Part shown: piece by piece, positions 10,412 to 21,002 of the stretch | Position numbering within the stretch: position 1 is the first letter of the stretch | How the letters are laid out: each line of letters starts with the position of its first letter | DNA from: Ignavibacteriota bacterium | GTDB taxonomy: Bacteria > Bacteroidota > Ignavibacteria > UBA10030 > UBA6906 | Length of the DNA: 64,000 nt | Direction of reading: 5' to 3' | Assembly (NCBI GenBank): GCA_963801355.1 | Contig: CAWDEM010000008.1 | Coordinates: 2,528,001-2,592,000, forward strand | Program-made: the position numbers and the translations under genes | Notes under the pieces: generated by a model | Database searches by the model: none | The model's input: the letters and a program-made list of their open reading frames with translations, nothing else | Told to the model about the DNA's origin: nothing

Positions 10412-11119
10412 TTACGCGTGGATCGCCACATACACACCCCGCCCGATCAGCCCTTCCTTTTCATACCGGGTATCCAATCCGCAACTCTTGAAGGCTGCCA
10501 GGTATTCCTCGTGCGAGTACAACCCCAGCTCGTGGAGTTCTGTGAAGTGCTCCACTCCCTGCGGGGTTCCCACGAGATAATGGAATTCAATGATGGATTG
10601 ATTGTCGCGCACCATGTTGGTGTTCATGCGGGCCACTTTGAGATCCGGTTGATCGACAAACGTCGAAAACACCGCACCGGGGCGGAACTCACCGGGTGAG
10701 AGCCAGGGCTCAACGACCAGGATGCCGCCGGAAACGAGGTGGTTGCTCATAGTGCGGATCGCCTGGTGCAGCTTCTCCCTGGTGTTGGCATAGCCGATAG
10801 CACTGAACAAACACATCACGACGTCGAACTTCTTCTCGAGCACAAAATCCATCATGCTGGCGCAATGGAACTCTACGTCCGGCAGACGCTGACGCGCAAT
10901 AGCCAGCATCTCCGGATCAATATCCAGGCCCGTGACGGAAAACTCATGCCGGAGATACTGTTCGTGCCCGCCTGTGCCGCAGGCCACCGCGAGGAGGGTG
11001 TTTCCAGCGGAACGCTTGTACCGCTTCACGAGGGCGAAGAATTCCTTGCTTTCTTTCTCCCAGTTTTTCCCCTTGGCGGTAAAAATCGCATCGTAGATAG
11101 CGGCGGATTTGTTGAACAT
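10412..11119 (-). CDS. Class I SAM methyltransferase, TylM1/DesVI-like amino-sugar N-methyltransferase
   Basis: AIYD, LLAVACGTG, CLFSAIGY, VEPW, FTELHELGL and GRGVYV motifs. Confidence 0.78.
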   Translation of the reverse strand: MFNKSAAIYDAIFTAKGKNWEKESKEFFALVKRYKRSAGNTLLAVACGTGGHEQYLRHEFSVTGLDIDPEMLAIARQRLPDVEFHCASMMDFVLEKKFDVVMCLFSAIGYANTREKLHQAIRTMSNHLVSGGILVVEPWLSPGEFRPGAVFSTFVDQPDLKVARMNTNMVRDNQSIIEFHYLVGTPQGVEHFTELHELGLYSHEEYLAAFKSCGLDTRYEKEGLIGRGVYVAIHA

Positions 11120-11145
11120 GACCTATCCTCTGGAATGGTGTGCGC

Positions 11146-12354
11146 TCAAGGATTCTCGTTTCCGATGCCGACTATTGTTGCCGGGACACCGAGCTCTGCC
11201 AGCACTCCCCTCACTTCACGGTCATAGATGGGATTCAGAAGCACGACCACCGTCGGACGGTACTCCACGAGAAATTGCGGGGCGACGATGCGCTGTCCGG
11301 TGCCGGCGACACATGTGCCGTGTTTCCGGGGATTAATGTCGACGACATATTCGACGGCGGAAGCCCCTTTCACCAGATTCAGAAAGTTCGTGCAGCGCGC
11401 GCCACCACCCCACACGACAACGCGATCGTTCTTTGACGCATATGCATCGAACCGTTCTTCCCAGACCCGCAAGGTCCTTGCGGCCGCATCCGAAAATCCG
11501 TCCACGAGCCGTGTCACTTCCTGCACTCTGGCCGTTTGTTCTCTGACGGGAAGATGCGTCGGGCCCGACGCAGGCACTGCATCGATGCCGATGAAGAGCG
11601 GGCCGAATAACTCCCGCAGTCCGCGGACCTGGAAACCTGAGGAGGCGAACCCTGCGGCCAGAGAGGCCGGACTGTAGTAGGAGAAGTGCTCATAGACCAG
11701 TGCCCAGAGATCCCGGGAGCCGAGGTGGTCAAGCACATTGGGTACCTCGAAGAACACCGCGGTCCCGGTCCGCGCGCCGATGGACTGTCGCACTTCACGC
11801 AACATTTTTTGCGGCTCAGGGATGTGCTCCAGCACCTGGCGGCAGACAATCAGGTCGGCCTGATACGCGGAGTACCGCTCTGAGTACATATCCCGCACGA
11901 CCCGGATCCGGTCCTGTCCGCTGCGTGTTGCGGGCGCTTCCACATAGCTGGGATCAAACCCGATGCCGCGGCAGTCTGCACGTTCGCAGAGCAGAGCAAG
12001 GAAGTCGCCCTGCCCGCACCCGATCTCCAGGACCTGTTTGCCCTTCAACGCATACTGGCGGTCCAGCGTGCGCACCAGCTCCTCGACGTAGCCCTGAAAC
12101 ACTCCGGAATGATGGAGAGAGTTCTCGTAATTGGTGGTATAGGCTATCAGATGCGGATCGAACACGCTGTTGTACACGTGACCGCAGTCCGGACAGAACG
12201 TCAGGAGTATGTCTCCCCGCACGGTCCGGAGAGCTTCTTCACGCGAGGGCCAGAGGATGGTGTTGAGGACCGGCATCTGCGGCAATTCGAGAACCGGCCG
12301 CACATTCCTCAGGCCGCACACCGGACACGTGACGTACAGGGGAGAAGGAACCAT
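11146..12354 (-). CDS. C-methyltransferase-family class I SAM methyltransferase
   Basis: CPVCG...CPDCG, EIGCGQG, YEHFSYY and VDINPRKHG motifs. Confidence 0.85.
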   Translation of the reverse strand: MVPSPLYVTCPVCGLRNVRPVLELPQMPVLNTILWPSREEALRTVRGDILLTFCPDCGHVYNSVFDPHLIAYTTNYENSLHHSGVFQGYVEELVRTLDRQYALKGKQVLEIGCGQGDFLALLCERADCRGIGFDPSYVEAPATRSGQDRIRVVRDMYSERYSAYQADLIVCRQVLEHIPEPQKMLREVRQSIGARTGTAVFFEVPNVLDHLGSRDLWALVYEHFSYYSPASLAAGFASSGFQVRGLRELFGPLFIGIDAVPASGPTHLPVREQTARVQEVTRLVDGFSDAAARTLRVWEERFDAYASKNDRVVVWGGGARCTNFLNLVKGASAVEYVVDINPRKHGTCVAGTGQRIVAPQFLVEYRPTVVVLLNPIYDREVRGVLAELGVPATIVGIGNENP

Positions 12355-12356
12355 GA

Positions 12357-13550
12357 CTATTCTCCAAGCGGAACGAGTTCCGCGACTACCCCCAGTTCCC
12401 GCAGCGCAGCGTCGATCTCGTTCCGGTAAATGGGATTCATGATGAACACAACATCCGGCCGGTACGCGCGGAGAAATTCCGGAGGCACGATCTCCTGTCC
12501 TGTACCGGCCATAAATGTTCCGTGTTTGTGTGGATTGACATCGACCGCGTAACGGACTTCATCCTGGAGTTTGAGGGACGTCAGGAAACCGACGCCCTTC
12601 GATCCCGCACCCCAGATCACCATGCGCTGCCCCTGTTCGTGTCTGGCACGGACGAATGCACCCCACCCGGTATTGCGGGCCGCGACCTCCCTGCCGAATT
12701 TCTCTGCGGCTGCGTTGACAGCAAGGACGCCTTCAACATCCTCCGTGCTTCCAGCGTTCCCCGGCGTGTCGGCATTGGCATCGATCATGAGATACTGGTC
12801 ATCGTATTCGGTCCAGACGTCATTCACCGTGAACCCTGCCCGCCGGAACACCCCCGCCAGGGACACCGCAGTGAAATATGAACAGTGCTCATAGTACATG
12901 TCCCAGAATGCCCCTTCCCGGAGTATGCGGATCACCTCAGGCACCTGGAAAAAGACTCTGGTGTCACGCTGCTCACCCAGCGCGCGCCGGATCGTCTGCA
13001 GGAACTCCAGAGGTGTGGCAATGTGCTCGAGCGTCATCTTACAGCAAACAAAATCCGCCCGCACATCGGCGAACCGCTCAGAATAGAATTCCTTCACAAA
13101 CTGCATGCGTTCTTTGGCCGGGCTGACTGTTCTCGTTTCGTCGTAGGCCGGATCAAATCCGATGCCCCGGTTGTCGCCCAATTCACACAGGAGAGTCAGA
13201 AATTCCCCTTTCCCGCACCCGATCTCCAGAATCTTTTTCTGTCTCAGACCGAACCGGTCAATCAAGCGCCTGGCAAGGTCTGTGTGGAATCTGACAAATG
13301 TTGCAGAGAAACCCTGCGTTTCTTCATATCGTGAGGAATACTCAAGGAGTGCGGGATCGAATGCCTGGTTTCCGATGAAACCGCAGTCGGGACAGCACCC
13401 GAGCACCAAATCCCCCCGCGGCATAGCGATCGCTTCCGCCCGGTTCGGAAAGAGGAGTACACTCTGCACGGGGATACGCGGGGTCTCGTAGAAGACCCGT
13501 ACGTGATCACTGCCGCAGGCACGACACATCGACAATGGCCCGGCGATCAT
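12357..13550 (-). CDS. C-methyltransferase-family class I SAM methyltransferase (paralog of 11146-12354)
   Basis: CRACG...CPDCG, EIGCGKG, YEHCSYF, WGAGSKG and VDVNPHKHG motifs. Confidence 0.85.
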   Translation of the reverse strand: MIAGPLSMCRACGSDHVRVFYETPRIPVQSVLLFPNRAEAIAMPRGDLVLGCCPDCGFIGNQAFDPALLEYSSRYEETQGFSATFVRFHTDLARRLIDRFGLRQKKILEIGCGKGEFLTLLCELGDNRGIGFDPAYDETRTVSPAKERMQFVKEFYSERFADVRADFVCCKMTLEHIATPLEFLQTIRRALGEQRDTRVFFQVPEVIRILREGAFWDMYYEHCSYFTAVSLAGVFRRAGFTVNDVWTEYDDQYLMIDANADTPGNAGSTEDVEGVLAVNAAAEKFGREVAARNTGWGAFVRARHEQGQRMVIWGAGSKGVGFLTSLKLQDEVRYAVDVNPHKHGTFMAGTGQEIVPPEFLRAYRPDVVFIMNPIYRNEIDAALRELGVVAELVPLGE

Positions 13551-15058
13551 GCTTCACTCTCCGTTATGACCGGCGATCGTTTTGTCCGTATGAGTTGCCA
13601 GATCTCGACCAGGAGCGGGCGCTGGATCAGCGCCAGCACGCCGACATACACAATCACTCCTGTCGCAACCAGAATGATCAACGAGGGCAGTGTCAGACTG
13701 GTCGACTGGAGAGCAATGAGTAACGAGCGGACACCCAGCACACTGATGACCATGATGACGCACGATAGGAACGGGGGAAAAACCGCCTCCCCCATCTTGA
13801 ACACCGTGCGCGGGAGTATCGATTGTACCTGATAGACATTGTACGCCAACCCCACCGCGTGCGCGAACACCACCGCGGAGGCGACACCGATGACCCCGCC
13901 CGACAGAAATGCGAATATCCCGATCAGCAACGCCGCCGTGACGACAAGGCCGGCCCGGAGATTGTACTCGGGAAACCCTGTTGAATTAAACAACGCCGAG
14001 GTTGTCGATGACAGGGGCTTGAGCAGACTCATGAATGTGAGCACCTTCAGTGGTGCAACGGCGGGGGCCCATTGCGCCCCGAGGAGCACAACCACAAGCT
14101 CCTCGGCAACGGCAAACAATCCTCCGGCGATAGGAATCGTAAGGAGGCTGATCATTCGCAGGCTCTTCAGGTAGGCACGCGACAACCTTTCCTTGTCCTC
14201 CTGAACCCGTGCATACGATGGGAACAGCACAGCGCCGATGATCCGGTTTATCGAATCCACCGTTCTACTGGTGAGATCAACAGCCCGGCTGTAGAATCCC
14301 AACGATTCGGTCCCGAGCACCCTGCCAACGACGTAGTTGTCCGTATAGGAATACAGCGTGTACACGGAGGCGCTCCCGACAATCCGCGCACCAAAACTTG
14401 AGATCTGTTTGACGATACCCCGGTCCCAGTTGGCCAGCCGCACCCAGCCCACGTCTGAGAGGAACAACCATGCCACCACGGCATTGGCCACCGCACCGGC
14501 GACCGCCCCGTACACGAGGCTCCACACTCCCCACCCGTTCCACGCCAATGTAATCGAGACCCCGACAGTCACGACTTCCGTGATGATCCCCATAATGCTC
14601 AGGCGTCCGAACTGGAGGTCTTTCTGGATGAGTGCCTCAGGGACTCGCGTCGTTCCACCCACCAATATGGTGAGGGAGAGCACCTGGAGGACGGGGACGA
14701 CCTGCGGATCGCCAAACAGGAAGCCCATCCAGGGAGCGGTCACGATGATCACGCCACACACGATCGCCGCTGCAACGACGTTGATCGCGAGCGCGGAAAA
14801 AGCAGCTCTGTTTCTGTCCAGAGGTGTCTGGATGACCGCGGTCGGAAGCCCGAGTGTGGAGAACAGCCCGACGATGGAGAGAACGACCTGGGCAAGTGCC
14901 ACCTGGCCGAATGCCGACGGCGTGAGCAGCCGCGCAAGGATGATGGAGGTAAAGATCGAAAAGACCCGCAGTCCGAGCGTCGAGGTTCCGAGGGAGATGC
15001 TGCCTCTAAAAGTCTTCAGTTTCAGAGAGTCGGTCGCCGTGGTGTCTTTCCTTCTCAT
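13547..15058 (-). CDS. wzx: Wzx flippase (PST family)
   Basis: ILARLLTPSAFG, DNYVVGRVLG..LGFYSRA and LFPSYA motifs; ~12-14 TM; start set by ATGA overlap with upstream GT2. Confidence 0.88.
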   Translation of the reverse strand: MRRKDTTATDSLKLKTFRGSISLGTSTLGLRVFSIFTSIILARLLTPSAFGQVALAQVVLSIVGLFSTLGLPTAVIQTPLDRNRAAFSALAINVVAAAIVCGVIIVTAPWMGFLFGDPQVVPVLQVLSLTILVGGTTRVPEALIQKDLQFGRLSIMGIITEVVTVGVSITLAWNGWGVWSLVYGAVAGAVANAVVAWLFLSDVGWVRLANWDRGIVKQISSFGARIVGSASVYTLYSYTDNYVVGRVLGTESLGFYSRAVDLTSRTVDSINRIIGAVLFPSYARVQEDKERLSRAYLKSLRMISLLTIPIAGGLFAVAEELVVVLLGAQWAPAVAPLKVLTFMSLLKPLSSTTSALFNSTGFPEYNLRAGLVVTAALLIGIFAFLSGGVIGVASAVVFAHAVGLAYNVYQVQSILPRTVFKMGEAVFPPFLSCVIMVISVLGVRSLLIALQSTSLTLPSLIILVATGVIVYVGVLALIQRPLLVEIWQLIRTKRSPVITESEA

Positions 15059-16062
15059 GATGCCTTGCTCGCCGGATTCGCGCCCGTTACGGCTTCTTTC
15101 CTGATCCACACGAAGTCACGTGGATACCGGCCGGGTGGCGGCAAACCGCGGAGAATGCCCAGGATGAAGTGCACAGAGATCAAGGCACGATTATGGAGAA
15201 ACAGCCAGATCCGTTTCGGCCCCTTCCGGAGCACAAGCAGAGCCAGACCCAGCACAACGGCTCCGCCCACTCCGAGGAACCAGCCGCCGCCTTCGGAGAA
15301 ACCGAGCACGATCAGTCCTACAAGGAGGAGACCCGCAATCCATACAGCAAAGACTTCGCTGTGCTCCTTCAACAGATCCCAGAACGGCGGCTGCAACGCG
15401 TACCGGCGCATGATCTGCCCGACCCCGGCAAAATACACTGATCGTCCGACGTTTTCCTCTACACTACGTTTCTTTTCAATGTGATGGGCCATCGGGTGGT
15501 CCACGCGTACAACGCTGTACCCGCGGCGTGACAGCCGGTATGCAAGCTCACGCTCTTCCTCCCCGCGCAGGAAGGGATTGAAGGTCCCGCACTCTTCGAG
15601 CGCTTGCCTGCGATAGAGCGCAGCCCCCCCCAACCCGGGAACAATTCCCAGAGGAAGACCGTCTTCCCGGGCGAAATTCAGAGGTTCCCCGGGCGCCACC
15701 GGAAACAATCGCCCGCTCACCCCGCCGATGTGACGGTCCTCCAGCACCTTGATCGCACTGGCAATCCACCCGTCCACGATAATCATATCGCCGTCAACAA
15801 AGAACAGCAATTCCCCGTGGGTCAGGTCCGTCCCCAGCCACCGACCCGCCGCGGGGGAGAGCAGGCCGGTATCGCGGAAACCGGCAATCGCCACGGGGTA
15901 GCGCCGGGCGACATCGACTGTACCGTCTGATGACGCCGAATCCACAAAGAGAATCTCGGTCCGGTAGTTCGCCGTGGCACGAACGACCGATTCAAGACAG
16001 GGGCCGATGGTCAGCTCTTCATTCCGCGCAATGATGACAACACTGAGTTCCGGCAAGCTCAT
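15055..16062 (-). CDS. Glycosyltransferase family 2 with C-terminal TM segments
   Basis: SVVIIARNEE, VDSASSDGT, FVDGD and EERELAYRL motifs; ATGA overlaps on both sides. Confidence 0.85.
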   Translation of the reverse strand: MSLPELSVVIIARNEELTIGPCLESVVRATANYRTEILFVDSASSDGTVDVARRYPVAIAGFRDTGLLSPAAGRWLGTDLTHGELLFFVDGDMIIVDGWIASAIKVLEDRHIGGVSGRLFPVAPGEPLNFAREDGLPLGIVPGLGGAALYRRQALEECGTFNPFLRGEEERELAYRLSRRGYSVVRVDHPMAHHIEKKRSVEENVGRSVYFAGVGQIMRRYALQPPFWDLLKEHSEVFAVWIAGLLLVGLIVLGFSEGGGWFLGVGGAVVLGLALLVLRKGPKRIWLFLHNRALISVHFILGILRGLPPPGRYPRDFVWIRKEAVTGANPASKAS

Positions 16063-17027
16063 GATTTCTCTTGCGTTGTGTGCTCCGGCGAGTGCAGCGC
16101 TTTCCCTGCCAGCGCCAACGTGGCACCCGGACCGGCGAACAATGCCTGTATCCCGTACACGCCGGCCCGAACAACGTGGCCGCGTTTCCACGCATGGCGT
16201 CCGAGAGACCAATACGCGTCAGCAATCCGCATCCGCAGACACCGGCGCTGATCCCGCGTGAGCCCTGGAAACTTCCTGAGGATGTCGCGAAACGCCTTTG
16301 TTTTGTTATGGTACCGCCGCTCCTCCTGCCCCGTCGAAGTCAACCGCTCTTCCCCCGGTGCATCGGCTGTCAATTTGCTGCCGATCCACCGGACGGCGCA
16401 GGCCGGTCTTCCAATGCCGATCTTCAGGAAGAAATGCGTATCGTGAGCATTGCGGAGATCAGCCCACAGTCCACCTTCTTTAAGAAACGTACTGCGGCGG
16501 CAGACAGTGGACTGCAGCATCATGGGCTGGTATTCCCTCATGACCCATTCGGCGGCATCGGGTACCATCACGTGATCTGCCGCGATGGCAAACCCACCCC
16601 GGTCCCACCAGGTTTCATCCGGTGACTCCGCGACGAGCATATCGTCAAAGTAGAGCTCGGCGGAGCTGCCGGTGGCGTTCATGGCACTGACGATTTTTTC
16701 CAGATGGCGTTGGGTCCAGATATCGTCGGAGTCAAGAAAAGCGATCCATGGTTTCGTTGCCTCGCTGACGCCACGGTTTCGTGCCTCCGCCCCTCCTTTG
16801 TTCGGCTGTCGCACATATCGCACGGCCTGCCCGAACCGGCGTATCGCGGCCTCCGTGTCGTCAGTGGAACCGTCATCCACGACAATGATCTCGGCCGGAG
16901 GGAACGATTGGTCCAACGCGGACTGAATCGCTCGCCCCACCAGGCGGGCCCGGTTGTACGTCGGGATGACCGCGCTGAATTCGATTGTCTCTGACTGCGT
17001 GGCCGTGTCGGGTGCAAACGGCGTCAT
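16059..17027 (-). CDS. Glycosyltransferase family 2
   Basis: VIPTYNRA, VVDDGSTD, ARNRG and FLDSDD motifs. Confidence 0.9.
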   Translation of the reverse strand: MTPFAPDTATQSETIEFSAVIPTYNRARLVGRAIQSALDQSFPPAEIIVVDDGSTDDTEAAIRRFGQAVRYVRQPNKGGAEARNRGVSEATKPWIAFLDSDDIWTQRHLEKIVSAMNATGSSAELYFDDMLVAESPDETWWDRGGFAIAADHVMVPDAAEWVMREYQPMMLQSTVCRRSTFLKEGGLWADLRNAHDTHFFLKIGIGRPACAVRWIGSKLTADAPGEERLTSTGQEERRYHNKTKAFRDILRKFPGLTRDQRRCLRMRIADAYWSLGRHAWKRGHVVRAGVYGIQALFAGPGATLALAGKALHSPEHTTQEKS

Positions 17028-19834
17028 CTGATCAACATCATGCGTTTGACCATCACGCGCTCATCCCGGTTCACCGAGAGCCGGTAGAAATAGATGCCGG
17101 ACGAAAGACCGTCCGCTCTGAACGAAATCCGGTGGAATCCCGCCGCCTGCCGTTCGTCACGCAGCACCGCCACACGTTGTCCCAGCGTGGTGAAGACCTC
17201 AAGAAGGATGTGCGACTCCGCAGGAATTCCATATTCGACAACCGTCTCCGGGTTGAACGGGTTGGGATAGTTCTGACTCAGACTCACTTCCGACGGGAGT
17301 CCACGTTCGTCCGCCACAGCGGTCAGACTGCGCCGGAATCTCCGTATCTCGCTGTATGGACCCCATCCCGTCAGGTTCCCCGCCCGGACTCGCCAGAAGT
17401 AGGTTCTCTCGAGTTCAAGTCCCCGCCGGATCGTTACCGTGTCAGTGAGAGAAGAGTCCAAATCCGGCCAGGCAAAGAGGGAGTCATCCGTGATCTCAAA
17501 CCAGTACCGGGTCCCCGGATGGTTGTTCGCTCTCCAGACGCACACCACTGTATCCGCCTGTGTCCTCATGTTGTTCGCGGGCGCGACCAGAGCGATCTGG
17601 TTCGGGACCGGAAGATACGTGGAGAACCAACGGCTCAGGCAGTACGGACCTCTCCCATTGGCATTGCGTGATCGCAGGCGCCAGTAGTACTTCGTGAATG
17701 CCGTGAGACCGTTCACCTGGCGGGAAGTCCCGGTGATCAACGAGTCGTTCACAACTATGCCGGAGCCGAATGACGGGTCGGTGGCCACCTGGATATCATA
17801 TCCAGTCGCGCCCGAGGAAGCGGACCACGCCAGCGTGACCGTGGTGTTCAGGCCGGTAGTCCCGTTCAACGGTGACACCAGCCTGGGAACCGGCGGGAGC
17901 GTCGCACGGATATAGTCAAAGAGGGCCGTATTTGCCGGAACCGGTGAGCCATAGTTCCCGGCGACAAGCCCGACGCTGCGCACGATGAGCGTGTGGGTGA
18001 ATTCTGCCGCCGGATTCCATGTCGACCCGTCGAGCGAATACATCTGTGTCCAGGTATTGCGCTCGCGCTTGATCCGCATGTAGACCGGGGAAGTACCGTT
18101 TGGTGCAAGCGCGACGTCGGAACGGCTCGAGGATGCATTACCCACCACGACTCCCGCATACGTACGCATCGATGAGCCGTTTGAGTACACCTCAAACTGA
18201 ACGTAGTTCGCGGCATCGGCAATGATATCAATCCCGGCTGTCTGGACCTGCTGGCTCATCGCACTCGCGAACTTCACATCAAGCTGGAAATCTCCATCTG
18301 TCGCCGGCTGTACCACCCGTGGCATGGTGTTGCCGCCTCCCGTGACGGCATGCTCCACATTTTGCGGAAGAACAACCCGGAGGTTGCCACCTTCCACGGT
18401 CACCGTTGCATCTCCGAGCGGGTTCTGGACGGTCCAGAGTGCCGAATCAATCGGCTGCACATCGAATTCGTCAGTGACAATTGCGGCGTACCCTCCGGTC
18501 GTAAACACCTGGTCGGCCGACACGGCGGTATTTCCCCACGCATCGAATCCGAACACACGGTAGTGATATGTCGTATTCGGTTGGAGACCGGTGAGTGTGA
18601 ATACGTGCTGCGTCACGAGATCTGCATCCGCACGTTCAGTCCCGTACGCGGTGGTCGGACCATACTCAATCCGGCCTCGCGCCAATTCATCGGTCATCCA
18701 TTGAATGTCAGCAGAGGTCCTTCCCTGCGCTACCGAAAGTCCGCTCAGCATCGGGGGTTGATGATCGGTCGTAATCGGAGTGACGGTCACCTTGCCGAAT
18801 GTTGCGTCCACCCAGTGTGCCAGCAGGAGGACCGAACCCCGCTGAGGACTGGATGAGGGAGCCTGCCAGGTGAGGTCATACTTTGCAGGCTCCGAGACGC
18901 TCACGTCCCAGACCTTGAAGGAATAGTCGATGCCTGAGCCCGACCCTTCCACCCGCATTTTGAAGTAGTAGGGAACATTATAGGGAATAGTCTTGCCGCT
19001 GAAATCATAGACGTTATTCCAGATGCTCAACTGTTCCCCTGTCGTCTTGAACATATAAAATGCGCCGCAGCCGTATGGATTGTACCCGGTCTTGGGTTGC
19101 CATCCCGCGACCGGATCATCAGTATGCCCCGTCCAACCCAGGAAAAGTCCGACAGCCGGAGCTCCGCTGGTTGACCCGTAGCCGGCGGGATCAAAGCTAT
19201 GAATGGTCACCGGGACGGTGATCTCAAAGTCTCTCCATGTTGTATCACCGATGGCAACAAGTCGGTCATAGCTGACATTGGTAATTCTGAGACCTCCCGT
19301 GGTCACGTGCCACAATCCGTCAACCACCTGCGCGGTGTCAGTGAGACTGCCGGCGTTCGTCCAACTGATCGTGTGCGCGCGCGGCCACACGGTGCCGGGG
19401 AGATACCGCACAATCACGCTGTCACGCGTGTACACTCCGTAGCCGTTTCGTGCTGTCACCGCGACGACATTCGAGTCGGGCAGGGGCCGCAGCGCGGTAT
19501 AGGCGATATCAATATTGAAGTCTCCGGTCCCTGCCAGGCGCCTCGTATCCTGGCCGATGCTCAGCGTCACTGCCGGCCCCCCATTCAGCGTGTAGTTCAA
19601 TGAAGCAATGCCGTTGGGATCTGAAACATTCCCGAGGATATTTACCCAGCGTTGCGGCACACCAATCCTGCCAAATGTCTGGCGCTTCCCGTACCAGAAC
19701 GTGAGCGTCGTCGCGTTCGTGGATGTGGAAGAGGAAATCGTTTCACCGGGTTCCTGACCGAGCGCGCGATCCGGGGCGAGACCGAGTATGCCGGAGAGCA
19801 TCCACGAGAACAGAATGAGATGAGTCCTTTTCAT
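17024..19834 (-). CDS. T9SS type A CTD cargo protein: beta-rich head, FN3-like domain, one ConA/DUF1349-like module, 2 FN3 stalk modules
   Basis: Signal peptide; CTD 'LSQNYPNPFNPET...LSSGIYFYRL...KRMMLIR'; stop overlaps the GT2 start (ATGA). Confidence 0.85.
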   Translation of the reverse strand: MKRTHLILFSWMLSGILGLAPDRALGQEPGETISSSTSTNATTLTFWYGKRQTFGRIGVPQRWVNILGNVSDPNGIASLNYTLNGGPAVTLSIGQDTRRLAGTGDFNIDIAYTALRPLPDSNVVAVTARNGYGVYTRDSVIVRYLPGTVWPRAHTISWTNAGSLTDTAQVVDGLWHVTTGGLRITNVSYDRLVAIGDTTWRDFEITVPVTIHSFDPAGYGSTSGAPAVGLFLGWTGHTDDPVAGWQPKTGYNPYGCGAFYMFKTTGEQLSIWNNVYDFSGKTIPYNVPYYFKMRVEGSGSGIDYSFKVWDVSVSEPAKYDLTWQAPSSSPQRGSVLLLAHWVDATFGKVTVTPITTDHQPPMLSGLSVAQGRTSADIQWMTDELARGRIEYGPTTAYGTERADADLVTQHVFTLTGLQPNTTYHYRVFGFDAWGNTAVSADQVFTTGGYAAIVTDEFDVQPIDSALWTVQNPLGDATVTVEGGNLRVVLPQNVEHAVTGGGNTMPRVVQPATDGDFQLDVKFASAMSQQVQTAGIDIIADAANYVQFEVYSNGSSMRTYAGVVVGNASSSRSDVALAPNGTSPVYMRIKRERNTWTQMYSLDGSTWNPAAEFTHTLIVRSVGLVAGNYGSPVPANTALFDYIRATLPPVPRLVSPLNGTTGLNTTVTLAWSASSGATGYDIQVATDPSFGSGIVVNDSLITGTSRQVNGLTAFTKYYWRLRSRNANGRGPYCLSRWFSTYLPVPNQIALVAPANNMRTQADTVVCVWRANNHPGTRYWFEITDDSLFAWPDLDSSLTDTVTIRRGLELERTYFWRVRAGNLTGWGPYSEIRRFRRSLTAVADERGLPSEVSLSQNYPNPFNPETVVEYGIPAESHILLEVFTTLGQRVAVLRDERQAAGFHRISFRADGLSSGIYFYRLSVNRDERVMVKRMMLIR

Positions 19835-19880
19835 TATCTTCTTTCTACGTGTACAACCGTTGTGTGGGCAGCGCCACGCG

Positions 19881-20990
19881 CTACCGCACTACCCCCGCAA
19901 CCCGGCGAAACGTCGCAAGGGTTCCCTTGGCCGCAGTATACATTTTGCTCGCCCTGTAATTCGGGATCTCTGAGAAGTGACGGTCCCTCGATGATTCGAA
20001 CTCGCTCCGCGACACACCGGTTCTCTGCAGAAACTCCTCGAGGACCTCCGGTGCATTCCGGACCTCGCTCTCCTCAGCACGCTGGAGAGCCTCTGCACGG
20101 GACATCTCGCCGATGCGTACCAGGGCCGCATAGGCAGGCGTCACCTCGGAGAATCCCCACCTCCGGTTCATCAGGTAGTCTTTCAACGGATTGAGCCGGC
20201 AATCTCCATGCTCGAGCTCTTCCGACGGCGGTTCCCATCCGATCTCGCGCTTGAGTATCTCTTTCATCCCGTCCGTTCCGGGGTGGACGTAATCCAGGAC
20301 TTCGATGTTCACAGGAGAGAGGCCAAGATATCGCTTCAGCGTCCTTCCTACCGGCGGCGCCGTCATATAACTCCGGACATCGTCAGAAGCGATCCGCCCC
20401 CGGATTACATTCAGGTAATAGCGTCTGTCCGTGTAGTGAGACATGCTCATGCCATCGAGCCCGGAATCCCTATCGGACGATCCTCCCAGCGCAATAAGCC
20501 GGAGGCCATTCTGCTGTGCAATGCGGTTGGCGGCAGCCCCGATCATCATATTACAGGGGGAGCAGAACTCCCCGGCCCGGAGCAGAAACGTCTTGTAGAG
20601 TTCCAGGAGGCGACGCTCCGAGGGCTTGAACGTCACCAACTCTGCGCCCAGCGTCTTGACTGCCCGCTGAATATTCATCCGCGCACGTTCGGACTGGAAC
20701 CCGTTGTCAAAATTGTAGGCGAGAACAGAAAGGCCGAACTCTTTTGCCATGAGGTAGAGGGCGAACATACTGTCCTTCCCTCCGCTCACAGGGACGAGCA
20801 CGTCGTATACGCCCCGCCCGCGGAATTTGTGCAGGATCTGTTCCAGCTCTTTTCGCCTGGCTTCCCCGGACTTCTCGGCACGCCGGGCGCGGCGATCACT
20901 GAATGCATGGCAATGATTGCAGATCTTGTTTTCGTCAAGACTCACATCCGGCAGGCTCGACGGCAGAATGCATGTGACACATCGCTCCAT
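19881..20990 (-). CDS. N-acetyl-sugar amidotransferase-like PP-loop ATPase (WbpG/WbuX-like)
   Basis: N-terminal CxxC...CxxC, VSGGKDS PP-loop, FDNGF and CSPC motifs; GGGAGG RBS. Confidence 0.75.
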   Translation of the reverse strand: MERCVTCILPSSLPDVSLDENKICNHCHAFSDRRARRAEKSGEARRKELEQILHKFRGRGVYDVLVPVSGGKDSMFALYLMAKEFGLSVLAYNFDNGFQSERARMNIQRAVKTLGAELVTFKPSERRLLELYKTFLLRAGEFCSPCNMMIGAAANRIAQQNGLRLIALGGSSDRDSGLDGMSMSHYTDRRYYLNVIRGRIASDDVRSYMTAPPVGRTLKRYLGLSPVNIEVLDYVHPGTDGMKEILKREIGWEPPSEELEHGDCRLNPLKDYLMNRRWGFSEVTPAYAALVRIGEMSRAEALQRAEESEVRNAPEVLEEFLQRTGVSRSEFESSRDRHFSEIPNYRASKMYTAAKGTLATFRRVAGVVR

Positions 20991-21002
20991 GGAACCTCCC
21001 TG

